This document shows positions 36,395-45,325 of a DNA stretch of 64,000 nucleotides, piece by piece (within the stretch, counting starts at the first letter, position 1; each line of letters opens with the position of its first letter). The translations under genes and the position numbers were made by a program. Origin of the DNA: Oligoflexia bacterium (GTDB lineage: Bacteria; Bdellovibrionota; UBA1018); assembly GCA_023701205.1 (NCBI GenBank), contig JAMPXJ010000006.1, positions 86,404 to 150,403 on the forward strand, written 5' to 3'. The notes under the pieces were generated by a model. It ran no database searches and was not told where the DNA came from. It saw only the letters and a list, made by a program, of their open reading frames with translations.

Positions 36395-37726
36395 TCAGAC
36401 CTTGCCGAAGATCAGGCTCGCGTTGGTTCCGCCAAAGCCGAAGCTATTGGAAAGTGCGTAGCGCACGGGCTTTTCGACGGTCCGGTTGGCCGTGAAATCC
36501 AGCCCAAGCTCGGCGCAGCCCGGATCGAGGGTCTCCAGGTTGATCGTGGGAGGAATGCGGCCTTCGCGGATCGCGAGAATCGAGAACATCGCCTCGATCG
36601 CGCCTGCCGCTCCAAGCAAGTGGCCGGTCATGGACTTGGTCGAGCTGATGTGAAGGTGCTTGGCTCCGTTCGGGAAAAGCCGTGCGACCGCGCGGGCCTC
36701 TTCGACATCGCCCGCGGGCGTCGAAGTTCCATGCGCGTTGATATAGCCCACCTCTTCGGGATTGATGCCGGCGTCCTTCAGCGCCATGGCCATGGCGCGT
36801 CGCCCGCCTTCGCCTTCCGGAGCCGGGGAGGTCATGTGATAGGCATCGCCTGAAAGACCATAGCCCACGATCTCGGCGTATACCTTGGCGCCACGCTTTT
36901 TGGCGTGTTCGTATTCCTCGAGGATCAGGATCGCCGCGCCTTCGCCCATGACGAAGCCGTCACGCGCGACATCGAACGGGCGGGAACCCTTTTCAGGGGC
37001 GTCGTTGCGCGTCGAAAGCGCGCGCATCGCCGCGAAGCCGCCGATCCCGAGCGGGGAGATGACCGCTTCGGCGCCGCCGCTCACCATGATGTCCGCGTCC
37101 CCGCGAATGATCTGCTTGAACGACTCGCCCAGTGAGTGGGCGCTCGAGGAGCAGGCGGTGACGTTACAGAGGTTCGGGCCCTGGAGGTTCAGCAGGATGC
37201 TGAGCTGGCCCGCGGCCATGTTCGGAATGACCTGCGGAATGAAGTAAGGAGTGATCCTGCGATAACCTTTGGTCATCAGCTCGGTATGGACATCCGCGAT
37301 CTCCGGGAGTCCGCCCATGCCGACACCGATGTTCACGCCGAGCCGGTCCGGATCGATCTTCGAGCGGATCGCGTCGAGCCCCGAGTCGCCGTAGGCCTCC
37401 AGCCCCGCCGCGAGCGCGAAATGCACATAGCGGCCGACGCGCCGGGCTTCCTTGGCGTTCGCGGCCTGCGTAACCGCGTACTCCGGGCTGGCCGGGTTGG
37501 GATGAAAGGGTCCGACGGCACGAGTGACATCGAAGCCTTTCACCTCCGCGGCGAAGGTCACCGGGCAGTCCTTCGGGTCGAACAGCTTGATCGTCGCCGC
37601 GCCCGAGCGCCCTTCCAGCGAGTTCCGCCACGTCTCCTGGGCGGAAAGGCCCAGGGGACTGACTGCTCCCATTCCGGTGATGACAACGCGGCGTTTGTTC
37701 ATTTTGACGGAGTTAGAGACAGTCAT
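36395..37726 (-). CDS. fabF: 3-oxoacyl-ACP synthase II
   Basis: KAS II motifs (active-site Cys in NVTACSSSAHS; HGTSTPAGD; GHLLGAAG), 443 aa. Confidence 0.95.
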   Translation of the reverse strand: MTVSNSVKMNKRRVVITGMGAVSPLGLSAQETWRNSLEGRSGAATIKLFDPKDCPVTFAAEVKGFDVTRAVGPFHPNPASPEYAVTQAANAKEARRVGRYVHFALAAGLEAYGDSGLDAIRSKIDPDRLGVNIGVGMGGLPEIADVHTELMTKGYRRITPYFIPQVIPNMAAGQLSILLNLQGPNLCNVTACSSSAHSLGESFKQIIRGDADIMVSGGAEAVISPLGIGGFAAMRALSTRNDAPEKGSRPFDVARDGFVMGEGAAILILEEYEHAKKRGAKVYAEIVGYGLSGDAYHMTSPAPEGEGGRRAMAMALKDAGINPEEVGYINAHGTSTPAGDVEEARAVARLFPNGAKHLHISSTKSMTGHLLGAAGAIEAMFSILAIREGRIPPTINLETLDPGCAELGLDFTANRTVEKPVRYALSNSFGFGGTNASLIFGKV

Positions 37727-37739
37727 TCCCTCGAAAACC

Positions 37740-37988
37740 TCAGTTGTTCGCCTTGGAAGCGACGTATTTCACGACATCGCCGACGGTCTTCATTTTCTCG
37801 GCGTCCTCATCCGGGATGTCCAGATCGAACTCCTCTTCCATCGTCATGACGAGCTCGACGATGTCGAGGCTGTCGGCGCCGAGATCGTCGATGAACGAAG
37901 CGGTCTGGGTGACTTTTTCCGGCTCGACGGCGAGCTGGTCACAGATGATGGTTTTGACTCTTTCTTCAACGGAAGCTGACATTTTCAT
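37740..37988 (-). CDS. acpP: Acyl carrier protein
   Basis: [14 protein letters not shown] phosphopantetheine-attachment motif, 82 aa. Confidence 0.9.
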   Translation of the reverse strand: MKMSASVEERVKTIICDQLAVEPEKVTQTASFIDDLGADSLDIVELVMTMEEEFDLDIPDEDAEKMKTVGDVVKYVASKANN

Positions 37989-38199
37989 TCTCCTCTATAG
38001 GTCCGGAGCTCCGCTCGGCTTTGCCTCGCTTGACTCCCGGACCCCCCTTCGGGGGCCCCTTTTTTCGGCGCTTCGCGCCTCGTTCTTTGCGGCTTTGCCG
38101 CTTTTTCGCCTTGGCTGGTGCCAAGGCTTTCATCTACAAACCCAAACTTACTGAACTGTTACTGAAACTGAAACCCAAACTGAACCTGTTGCCCAACGA

Positions 38200-38961
38200 T
38201 CACATGTACATCCCGCCATTCACCCCGATGACTTGCCCGGTAATGTAGCGGCTCGCGGGTGAGGCGAGAAAGGAGACCAGGGAAGCGATATCTTCCGGCT
38301 CGCCCAAGAATCCGAGTGGGACGGTCCGCAGAATGTCTTCTTTTTGCGCTTCAGTCAAGACCCCTGTCATATCGGTCACGATAAAGCCTGGGGTGACGAC
38401 ATTGACCCGGACCTGCCGGCTGGCGAGCTCCTTGGCCACGCTCTTGCTGAACCCGATCAGTCCCGCTTTTGCGGCGGAATAGGCGCTCTGGCCGGCATTT
38501 CCCATTTCGCCGATCACGGATGAGATCTGGATGATGCTGCCCTTGCGTTCGCGCATCATCTGGTTGGCCGCGGCGCGCGTGCAGTAGATTGCGCCCTTGA
38601 GATCCACGGAGAGGACCTTTTCGAGGTCTTCGTCCTTCATCCGGATCAGCAGGCCATCGATCGTGATCCCGGCATTGTTCACGAGCACGGAGAGCCTTCC
38701 GAACGTCTTGGCGATCCACTCGAACTTCTCGTTCACCTGCGCGGAATCGGCGACGTTGAACTGGCAGAGGTCTGCCGCTCCGCCCTCGGCCCGGATCCGC
38801 GTCTGCAGCTCGCGGGCCTTCTCCTCGTTCGAGCCGTAGTTGAGGATCACGTGGTAACCTTCACGGGCGAGCCGGGAGGCGATCCCCGCGCCGATGCCGC
38901 GCGAGGCGCCGGTGACGAGCGCGATCGGTTTCTTCTCGGGAAGCTGCGTAGCCTGCATCAC
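38200..38961 (-). CDS. fabG: 3-oxoacyl-ACP reductase
   Basis: SDR motifs TGASRGIG...NNAGI...YSAAKAG; position between fabD and acpP. Confidence 0.9.
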   Translation of the reverse strand: MMQATQLPEKKPIALVTGASRGIGAGIASRLAREGYHVILNYGSNEEKARELQTRIRAEGGAADLCQFNVADSAQVNEKFEWIAKTFGRLSVLVNNAGITIDGLLIRMKDEDLEKVLSVDLKGAIYCTRAAANQMMRERKGSIIQISSVIGEMGNAGQSAYSAAKAGLIGFSKSVAKELASRQVRVNVVTPGFIVTDMTGVLTEAQKEDILRTVPLGFLGEPEDIASLVSFLASPASRYITGQVIGVNGGMYM

Positions 38962-39983
38962 GGGTTCTCCTTGAGGAAAGTTTCGAGCGCCTTGAGGGTG
39001 GCGGAGTCCGACATGCCTGCGGTGTGGCAGGGCTTGCCGGCCTGCTTGGCGATGCGCTTGGCGAGCCCCGCGAGCACGGCACCCGGGCCGAACTCGACCG
39101 CGTGCCCAAAGCCCGCGTCGAGCAGGCCCGTCACGGATTGGCTCCAGAGCACCGGGTGATCCACCTGTTCGACGAGGAGCTCGAAGACCAGCCCGGCTTC
39201 CTGCGTGAGCCGTCCGGTGCGGTTGGGGACATAGGGACAGAAAGGGGACCTGGGCTTTTCTGCCGCGGAGGACTGGGCGAAGAGCTCTCCCATCCGGTCT
39301 CGCGCTTTGCGCATGAGCCTGCAGTGGAACGGGGCGCTCACCGAGAGCGGAATGGCCTTGGCGCCGGCGAAATCCCCGCCGCCCTTGATCAGGGCGATCG
39401 CCTCGCCGACCGCGTCCGTCGAGCCCGCGATCACGATCTGCCCGGGGGCGTTGAAGTTGGCCGGTTCCACGATCGCCTCGACCGTGACGTCGGAGTATTC
39501 GCCCTGCGCGCGCCGGGTCTTGGCTTGGCTCGTCGCGGCCGCGCAGAGCTTTCCGACGACCGCGTCTTCCATGCCGAGGATCGCCGCCATCGTGCCCTGG
39601 CCCGCGGGCACCGCCGCCTGCATCGCGCGGCCACGTTCGCGGACCCAGCGTACGGCGGTGGCGAGGGGAAGCGACTCCGCCGCGACTAACGCCGAATATT
39701 CGCCAAGCGAGTGCCCCGCCACGGCCGAAGGACGCGCGCCAAGCTCGGTGGTCGCCACGCGGAACGCCGCGATCGAGGCCGTGAGCAGGCAGGGCTGCGT
39801 GTTTTCAGTCAAGGTCAGATCGCTCTCGGGACCCTCGAAGCAGAGTTTGCGAAGGTTCACGCTGATGGCATCGGAGGCTTCCTCGAAAACCTCCTGCGCC
39901 ACGCGGAACTGCGAGACCAGATCTTTGGCCATGCCCACCTGCTGGGAGCCCTGGCCGGGAAAAAACGCGACGAACTTATTCAT
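38958..39983 (-). CDS. fabD: Malonyl-CoA:ACP transacylase
   Basis: FFPGQGSQ...GHSLGEYSALV active-site motif. Confidence 0.9.
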   Translation of the reverse strand: MNKFVAFFPGQGSQQVGMAKDLVSQFRVAQEVFEEASDAISVNLRKLCFEGPESDLTLTENTQPCLLTASIAAFRVATTELGARPSAVAGHSLGEYSALVAAESLPLATAVRWVRERGRAMQAAVPAGQGTMAAILGMEDAVVGKLCAAATSQAKTRRAQGEYSDVTVEAIVEPANFNAPGQIVIAGSTDAVGEAIALIKGGGDFAGAKAIPLSVSAPFHCRLMRKARDRMGELFAQSSAAEKPRSPFCPYVPNRTGRLTQEAGLVFELLVEQVDHPVLWSQSVTGLLDAGFGHAVEFGPGAVLAGLAKRIAKQAGKPCHTAGMSDSATLKALETFLKENP

Positions 39984-40002
39984 GGCTATCTGCCTTTCGT
40001 GG

Positions 40003-41010
40003 TTACCAGCGGATCAGCATCGAGCCGAAGGTCAGGCCCGCGCCGAAGACATCGAAGAGCACGGTGTGTCCCGGCCTGATCCTTCCGTCGCGCACGGCCT
40101 CGTCCAGCATGGTCGGAACCGAGGCCGAGGAGGTGTTGCCGTAACGGTCGACGTTGACGAGGACCTTTTCCATGGGAAGATCCAGGCGCTTCGCGACCGC
40201 CTCGATGATCCGCAGATTCGCCTGGTGCGGAATCACCCAGTCGACATCCGAGAGCTTCATCTGGTTGGCTTCGAGCGCGCGCACGGCGTAATCGGCCAGG
40301 GTCTTCACCGCGACCTTGAAGATCTCGCGGCCTTTCATGTTCATCTTATGGAGGCGCTGGGCATAGACTTCCGGGGTAACCTCCATGTTAGAGCCGCCGG
40401 CCACGACCTGGAAGAGCTCCCACAGATTTCCGTCCATCCCGAGATGGCTCGAAAGGATCCGGTGCGGTGACTCGCTCGAGGTGCGCTCGACGACGACCGC
40501 GCCCGCGCCGTCGCCGAAGAGGATCGCCGAAGAGCGGTCCTCCCAGTTGTTCATCCGGCTCAGCACTTCGGAGCCCACGACGAGCGCCGTCTTCACCTGG
40601 CCGGTCTTGATGTACTGATCCGCCATCGACATCCCGTAAACCCAGCTCGAGCAGGCGGCGTTCACATCCACGCCCCAGGCCTGCGGGGCGCCAAGCTTCT
40701 GCTGGAGCCAGCAGGAAGAGGTCGGTACGGGCGTGTCCGGCGAGACCGATCCGTAAACGATCATGTCGATGTCCGTGGATTTCTTGCCGGCCATCTCCAG
40801 GGCGCGGATCGCCGCGCGACAGGCGAGCGAGGAGTTCTGCTCCGAGGGGTCGCCCTCGCGCGAGACGTGCCGCTGGCGGATCCCGGTGCGCTCGACGATC
40901 CAGTCATTGGTGGTGTCGAGGGTCTTGGTGAGATCCTCGTTGGTGACGATCCGTTCGGGGAAGTAGGAGCCTGTCCCCGTGATTTTTGATGAAAAGAGCG
41001 AGGTACTCAT
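40003..41010 (-). CDS. fabH: 3-oxoacyl-ACP synthase III
   Basis: KAS III motifs (AACSSWVYG; ...VIPHQANLRII...; GNTSSASVP). Confidence 0.9.
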   Translation of the reverse strand: MSTSLFSSKITGTGSYFPERIVTNEDLTKTLDTTNDWIVERTGIRQRHVSREGDPSEQNSSLACRAAIRALEMAGKKSTDIDMIVYGSVSPDTPVPTSSCWLQQKLGAPQAWGVDVNAACSSWVYGMSMADQYIKTGQVKTALVVGSEVLSRMNNWEDRSSAILFGDGAGAVVVERTSSESPHRILSSHLGMDGNLWELFQVVAGGSNMEVTPEVYAQRLHKMNMKGREIFKVAVKTLADYAVRALEANQMKLSDVDWVIPHQANLRIIEAVAKRLDLPMEKVLVNVDRYGNTSSASVPTMLDEAVRDGRIRPGHTVLFDVFGAGLTFGSMLIRW

Positions 41011-41315
41011 CTGAGTGCTTTGCCTCCGTGATTCGAGTGCGTTTTCAGGAAAATCGGGAAACGGCTCACGAGATGCGCCCCGGGCGGGAGCTGTGCGCGC
41101 GCGAGCCTGGCGCGACCGGCGGGAGCCAGCCGTAATGAAGGCGAAGAGTCAGAAGCTTCAGGCGAAAAGCCGAAGCGGATCCGGCGGCGCGGGCGCGAAG
41201 GGTCTTGCCCTTGGTCGGGAAGGGTGAACCAGCTTGCTTGAAAGAGAGAAGGCCTTTCATACCCTTGCGGCGGTAAGGGGGGGGCCCCCCCTTCCGCTGA
41301 CTCAGAGAGTGGCTT

Positions 41316-41513
41316 TTACGCCTGAATCTCCGCTTTTTTCGAGGGCAGAACGGCCTTGCCGTCATAGTGGCCGCAAGCACAGACGCGATGAGGGCGGGTC
41401 ATTTCGCTGCAGGCCGGGCAGGTCACGACCGTCGGCTTGGCGAGGGCGTTGCCGGCGGCGAAACGGCGCATGTTGCGGCGGCTGCGGGAGATTTTCTTCT
41501 TTGGAGTTGCCAT
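41316..41513 (-). CDS. rpmF: 50S ribosomal protein L32
   Basis: MATPKKKISRSRRNMRR... with CPACSE...CACGHY zinc-ribbon; 65 aa. Confidence 0.85.
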   Translation of the reverse strand: MATPKKKISRSRRNMRRFAAGNALAKPTVVTCPACSEMTRPHRVCACGHYDGKAVLPSKKAEIQA

Positions 41514-41556
41514 GGTTTCCTCTCTTTTTGAGTTTCAGTTTCGTTGAGCCGGGCCT

Positions 41557-42186
41557 TCAAGAACCGACTTTAAAATCCCGCAGCGCCGAAAACGGCGAGC
41601 TGGAAATGATTTTCGAGCAGGCACAGCGGCCCGCGTTCAGGTCCGCGCCGCAGTTGGCGCAGATGCCGTTGCAGGCTTCCCGGCACAGCGGCTGGAAGGG
41701 AAGCTGGAGGCGCAACTGTTCCGTCAGAATGTCCCCGAGGTCAATATAATCGTGTGAAAGATAGGTGATATCCAGGTCCGCGCCGCCGCTGTCATTGGAA
41801 GAGTCGTGCGCGTGGCGCGCAAAGCCCTTGTTCTGGCCCGCCGGACGGCCCGCGCCCTCGAGATGGCCGACTCCGGCCATCACCGGATCCTGGCAGAAGA
41901 GTCCCGAGAAGCTGATATCGCAGTCCAGATTGAACGGGTTCGCGCAGCGGCTGCAGAGCAGGCGCAGATGCGTGGCCACGGTGCCCGAGACCACGATGAC
42001 CTCATCGACCTTACGCAAGTTGAAATGCACGCGGACCGGACGGCGCGCGGTCGCGCGCGTGGGATTGAGCGGACGCTCCTCGTCCACGCATTCCACGGCA
42101 TCGATCACCCAGGTGTCCTCCTGGGTGAAGTCGAGTTCGGTATCCTGATCTGTGATCTCGTGTAAATAAATTCTCATAGCGAACAA
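41557..42186 (-). CDS. yceD: YceD/DUF177-family protein (large-subunit rRNA accumulation)
   Basis: Upstream partner of rpmF; C-terminal CREACNGICANCGADLNAGRCAC cysteine cluster typical of DUF177. Confidence 0.7.
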   Translation of the reverse strand: MFAMRIYLHEITDQDTELDFTQEDTWVIDAVECVDEERPLNPTRATARRPVRVHFNLRKVDEVIVVSGTVATHLRLLCSRCANPFNLDCDISFSGLFCQDPVMAGVGHLEGAGRPAGQNKGFARHAHDSSNDSGGADLDITYLSHDYIDLGDILTEQLRLQLPFQPLCREACNGICANCGADLNAGRCACSKIISSSPFSALRDFKVGS

Positions 42187-42281
42187 CGAATACTCAGGGC
42201 AGCCGAACTCGTCCGGAAACGGTCCTTTCGCCGGGTAATCGAGGGTCGGACATTAGCCGGGGTTAAGCATCGAGTCAACCG

Positions 42282-43433
42282 CTAAAGCTCAGGTATTGGC
42301 CGGTAACTCTCCGGATTCCGGGATTTTCGCCAGAGGACCTTCCTGCCAAGAAGGACAGCCGGATCCAATCCCAAGGCGGCGAGCGGGAATCGGGTCACGC
42401 AGTCCAGGCTGCTTTTCAGGACTTTTTCCGGTTCCTGTCCGGTAGCGCGTGCCTCGAATGTCACCCAGCGTCCGAAAGATTCGCTGAGAAGCATTCCTCC
42501 GCCGGCGAGCGCCCCGCTTTCGAGTCGCGAGGCACCGTCGGCCAGCTGGATCGTGAGTGGCCCGAAGCCATGTTTGCTTTGCGTATCCGTGGCGGCGGCC
42601 GGCGTCGCGTCGGAGACGAAACAGATCGGGCAACCCGCATGGAGTCGGCGGGTCCAACGGATCAACGTGGGGCTCAGGTGAATCTGATCCGGGATCAGCT
42701 CAATATAGACGTCGGGGCGGCCAAGCGCGGCTCCCAAGGGGCCCGGCGCGCGGTGATGGAAGCCCAGCGCATTCCAGGCATGCGTGACCCCCCTGAAGCC
42801 CTGGTCAAAAGCGGCCCGCGCCTCGGCCTCAGAGGCCCTGGAATGGCCAAGCGAAAGCACGATTCCCTTCTTCCTGCAGAAGCGGCTTGCGTCCCTCAGG
42901 ACGGCGGGTTCGAGAGTTTCCGGGGCCATCGTCAGGATTTTCAAGGTCCCCTGGCTCGCTTCCCAGAGCGAACGGAGCTCTTCGGGAGTCAAAGGGCGGA
43001 TCCCCTCGGGAGGATGGGCACCGATGGCTTCCGGGTGCAGGAAAGGGCCTTCCAGATGGATTCCCAACGGGAGGGCGCCCCGAGTGCCTTCGGCCGGACG
43101 GCGAATCCATTCGCCGAGCCGCGAAACCACCTCGTGCAGCTCCTTGCTGGGCGCCGAGAGGGTGGTCGGACAAAAGGCTGCAATGCCTTTTTGCCAAAGC
43201 AGTTCGGCCAAGCGATCCAGCTCCGGAGGAGCGGCTTGCATCAGATCGATGCCGAATGCCCCGTGAAAATGGAGGTCTACCAGTCCGAAGGAGCGGATAG
43301 GACGAGGAAATTTCTTGACGGGGCTATTGTGGCGTGGCACCCAACAAACGTACCACAGGATTTTCGTCGTCACATCAAGGGACCCAAATGGCAAAGAAAA
43401 CTTCCTCCAAGCCGGCTCATAAGCCGGCTTCAA
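42282..43433 (-). CDS. NagA-like amidohydrolase (N-acetylglucosamine-6-phosphate deacetylase family); start uncertain
   Basis: LVDLHFHGAFGID metal-binding HxH, GIHLEGPFL, AHPPE, THAWNA motifs; the annotated start would overlap the divergent gene at 43388 by 45 nt. Confidence 0.55.
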   Translation of the reverse strand: MKPAYEPAWRKFSLPFGSLDVTTKILWYVCWVPRHNSPVKKFPRPIRSFGLVDLHFHGAFGIDLMQAAPPELDRLAELLWQKGIAAFCPTTLSAPSKELHEVVSRLGEWIRRPAEGTRGALPLGIHLEGPFLHPEAIGAHPPEGIRPLTPEELRSLWEASQGTLKILTMAPETLEPAVLRDASRFCRKKGIVLSLGHSRASEAEARAAFDQGFRGVTHAWNALGFHHRAPGPLGAALGRPDVYIELIPDQIHLSPTLIRWTRRLHAGCPICFVSDATPAAATDTQSKHGFGPLTIQLADGASRLESGALAGGGMLLSESFGRWVTFEARATGQEPEKVLKSSLDCVTRFPLAALGLDPAVLLGRKVLWRKSRNPESYRPIPEL

Positions 43434-44110
43434 AAGCGGCTCATAAGCCCCTGGTCAAGCTGGCGCAGAAAGCTGTCGCGAAGCTTGCATTGAAGAGCTC
43501 GTTGAAGAAAAAGAAACCCGAAGTCAAAGCCAAGCCTGCGGTAGCCAAGCCCAGCGCCAAGGTGACTCACCCCAAAAAGGGGCTGGAGAAAGCCCCGACG
43601 GCGCCTGCCAAGCATGGCGGCGCCAAGCAAAATGGCGTTAAGGCCGAGGCGAAGATCGATGCGAAGGCGCTCAAGGTCGCGCACGCCCCCAAAGCCGCGC
43701 CGATTGCCGCGGCGAAGCCCCTCTCGGCTAAGGCCGCGCGTCAGGCGGCCAAGGCTGCCGCTGATGCCGAAGCGGTCTGCCGCGAGGTCGCCTGCGAGGG
43801 TCTGGCCACCTCCGCCGGCTATTGCCGGCTGCACTACATCAAGAACTGGAAGAAGATCAAGCGCAAGGAAGTCATCCTCAAGGAAGGCAAGCTCAACCAG
43901 TACATCGAAGAGCTGGTCGTGAAGTATCCGGACAAATACCTCGAGGCGATCCGCCAGGATCTGGCCAGCGACAAGGACTTCGCCAAGGTGATTTACGATC
44001 TGGATCTGGATGAGTCGGTGGATGAGTTCGATGTCGAGGGCGAGAATGCCGATGCGATCATCGATTCGATCAAGAGGGACTTCGACGACGAGGGCGACAC
44101 CGGCTTTTGA
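43388..44110 (+). CDS. Histone-H1-like Lys/Ala-rich protein with central C4 zinc-ribbon-like motif and acidic C-terminus
   Basis: KPAxK/AKxA repeats over ~130 aa, then CREVACEG...CRLHY, then an Asp/Glu-rich tail; start at the second ATG (MAKKTSS). Confidence 0.55.
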   Translation: MAKKTSSKPAHKPASKAAHKPLVKLAQKAVAKLALKSSLKKKKPEVKAKPAVAKPSAKVTHPKKGLEKAPTAPAKHGGAKQNGVKAEAKIDAKALKVAHAPKAAPIAAAKPLSAKAARQAAKAAADAEAVCREVACEGLATSAGYCRLHYIKNWKKIKRKEVILKEGKLNQYIEELVVKYPDKYLEAIRQDLASDKDFAKVIYDLDLDESVDEFDVEGENADAIIDSIKRDFDDEGDTGF

Positions 44111-44178
44111 CCGGTCCCGATCCTGCACATTTCCGGTATGACTCCGCCAGCGGGCCGCGGAGCGACCGGAGGTTCGTC

Positions 44179-44577
44179 ATGATCGGATCGAGACTGGGGC
44201 GTTTCGTCTTACTCAGCCTGCTTGCGGGCACTGGCGCGTTTGCCCAGATAGGAACGCCGTCGCCTTCACCTACCGCGGGCCGGCAGGTTTATGTATTTCG
44301 TTTCGCGCCCGAGTTGAGCAGGCTTTTCGTCGAAGGAGCCACCTTCCAGGACGAAGCGGCGGATCGCACCGAGGACGGTTGCGAGCTGGTCGTTGCCGAG
44401 AACGGTCCCTTGGTCTGCATCAAGAAAGATTCTTGCACGAATGACAGGCCCGCCTGCGGGGTGATCTTCGAAGGGCCCGCCGGACTCGCGCTGCCTCAGG
44501 TGGCCGAACTCGAGCCGCTCAGCCCGGGCACCGCGCGGCTCGGCCTCAGGGCGGCTGAAGCGCTTCATTCCCGTTAA
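44179..44577 (+). CDS. Small secreted hypothetical protein (Cys-containing)
   Basis: Signal peptide MIGSRLGRFVLLSLLAGTGAFAQ; 4 Cys in the mature part. Confidence 0.4.
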   Translation: MIGSRLGRFVLLSLLAGTGAFAQIGTPSPSPTAGRQVYVFRFAPELSRLFVEGATFQDEAADRTEDGCELVVAENGPLVCIKKDSCTNDRPACGVIFEGPAGLALPQVAELEPLSPGTARLGLRAAEALHSR

Positions 44578-44641
44578 CGGTACCTTGCTCCTACCTCGCG
44601 AGATTCCGGCCTGTGACTGCTTTTGAGGAGCTTCGAGGGCT

Positions 44642-45325
44642 TTAATGAAGCGTTCCGCGCGGCGGCTTCCTCGCCGCGGCAGGTGTCTTCGGTGCTGAGT
44701 CCTGGGCTTCCTCGTCTTTGTCCTCGTCGTCGCGCAGGTCCTTTTCGTCGAGATTTTTCGGGCCCGTGAAAAAGCGGCTCTTCGTCGCCTCCTCGGCTTC
44801 CTCCGCGCGCTTGCGGTATTGGGGATCGTTCTTCGCGAGCCAGTCCTCGGTCATCTCATCGAGCGCCGGATTCGCCTTGTCCGCCTTGATGTGGATCCTG
44901 AATTTCTCCACCTGCACCGGCGTCCATTCGAACGGCACGTTCTCGAGCGCGGAGAGCGATTCGTCTGCGAGGTGCTCGAGGCGTTTGACATCGCCGGGCA
45001 CGAGCAGCTGCTGATAGACGGTTGCGATCGCGTCGACGCACGCGGCGAGCAGCTCCTCGATCGTCGGGACGCTCGCGCGCGGATCGTAGTCGCTGCTGGC
45101 ATAGACGCTGGTGGCGGCGAGCTGGCCCTCCTGGTGAAGCGAGACGCAAAGGACGATCTCGGTGAGGTGGATGTCGCCCCGGGCTTCGAACCGCGGCTTA
45201 TTGGCGATCTTCGCGAAAGCGCGCAGCCCTTCGTCGAAATTGGTCGTGAACACCTCGGAGACCATCCGGAGATAGTCCAGCGGCAAAGGGCTCGATCGGC
45301 CCGGCGCATTTTTGCGGTTTTCCAT
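44642..45325 (-). CDS. Hypothetical cytoplasmic protein with acidic C-terminus
   Basis: Balanced ORF immediately downstream of htrA on the same strand (stop/start share position 45325). Confidence 0.45.
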   Translation of the reverse strand: MENRKNAPGRSSPLPLDYLRMVSEVFTTNFDEGLRAFAKIANKPRFEARGDIHLTEIVLCVSLHQEGQLAATSVYASSDYDPRASVPTIEELLAACVDAIATVYQQLLVPGDVKRLEHLADESLSALENVPFEWTPVQVEKFRIHIKADKANPALDEMTEDWLAKNDPQYRKRAEEAEEATKSRFFTGPKNLDEKDLRDDEDKDEEAQDSAPKTPAAARKPPRGTLH

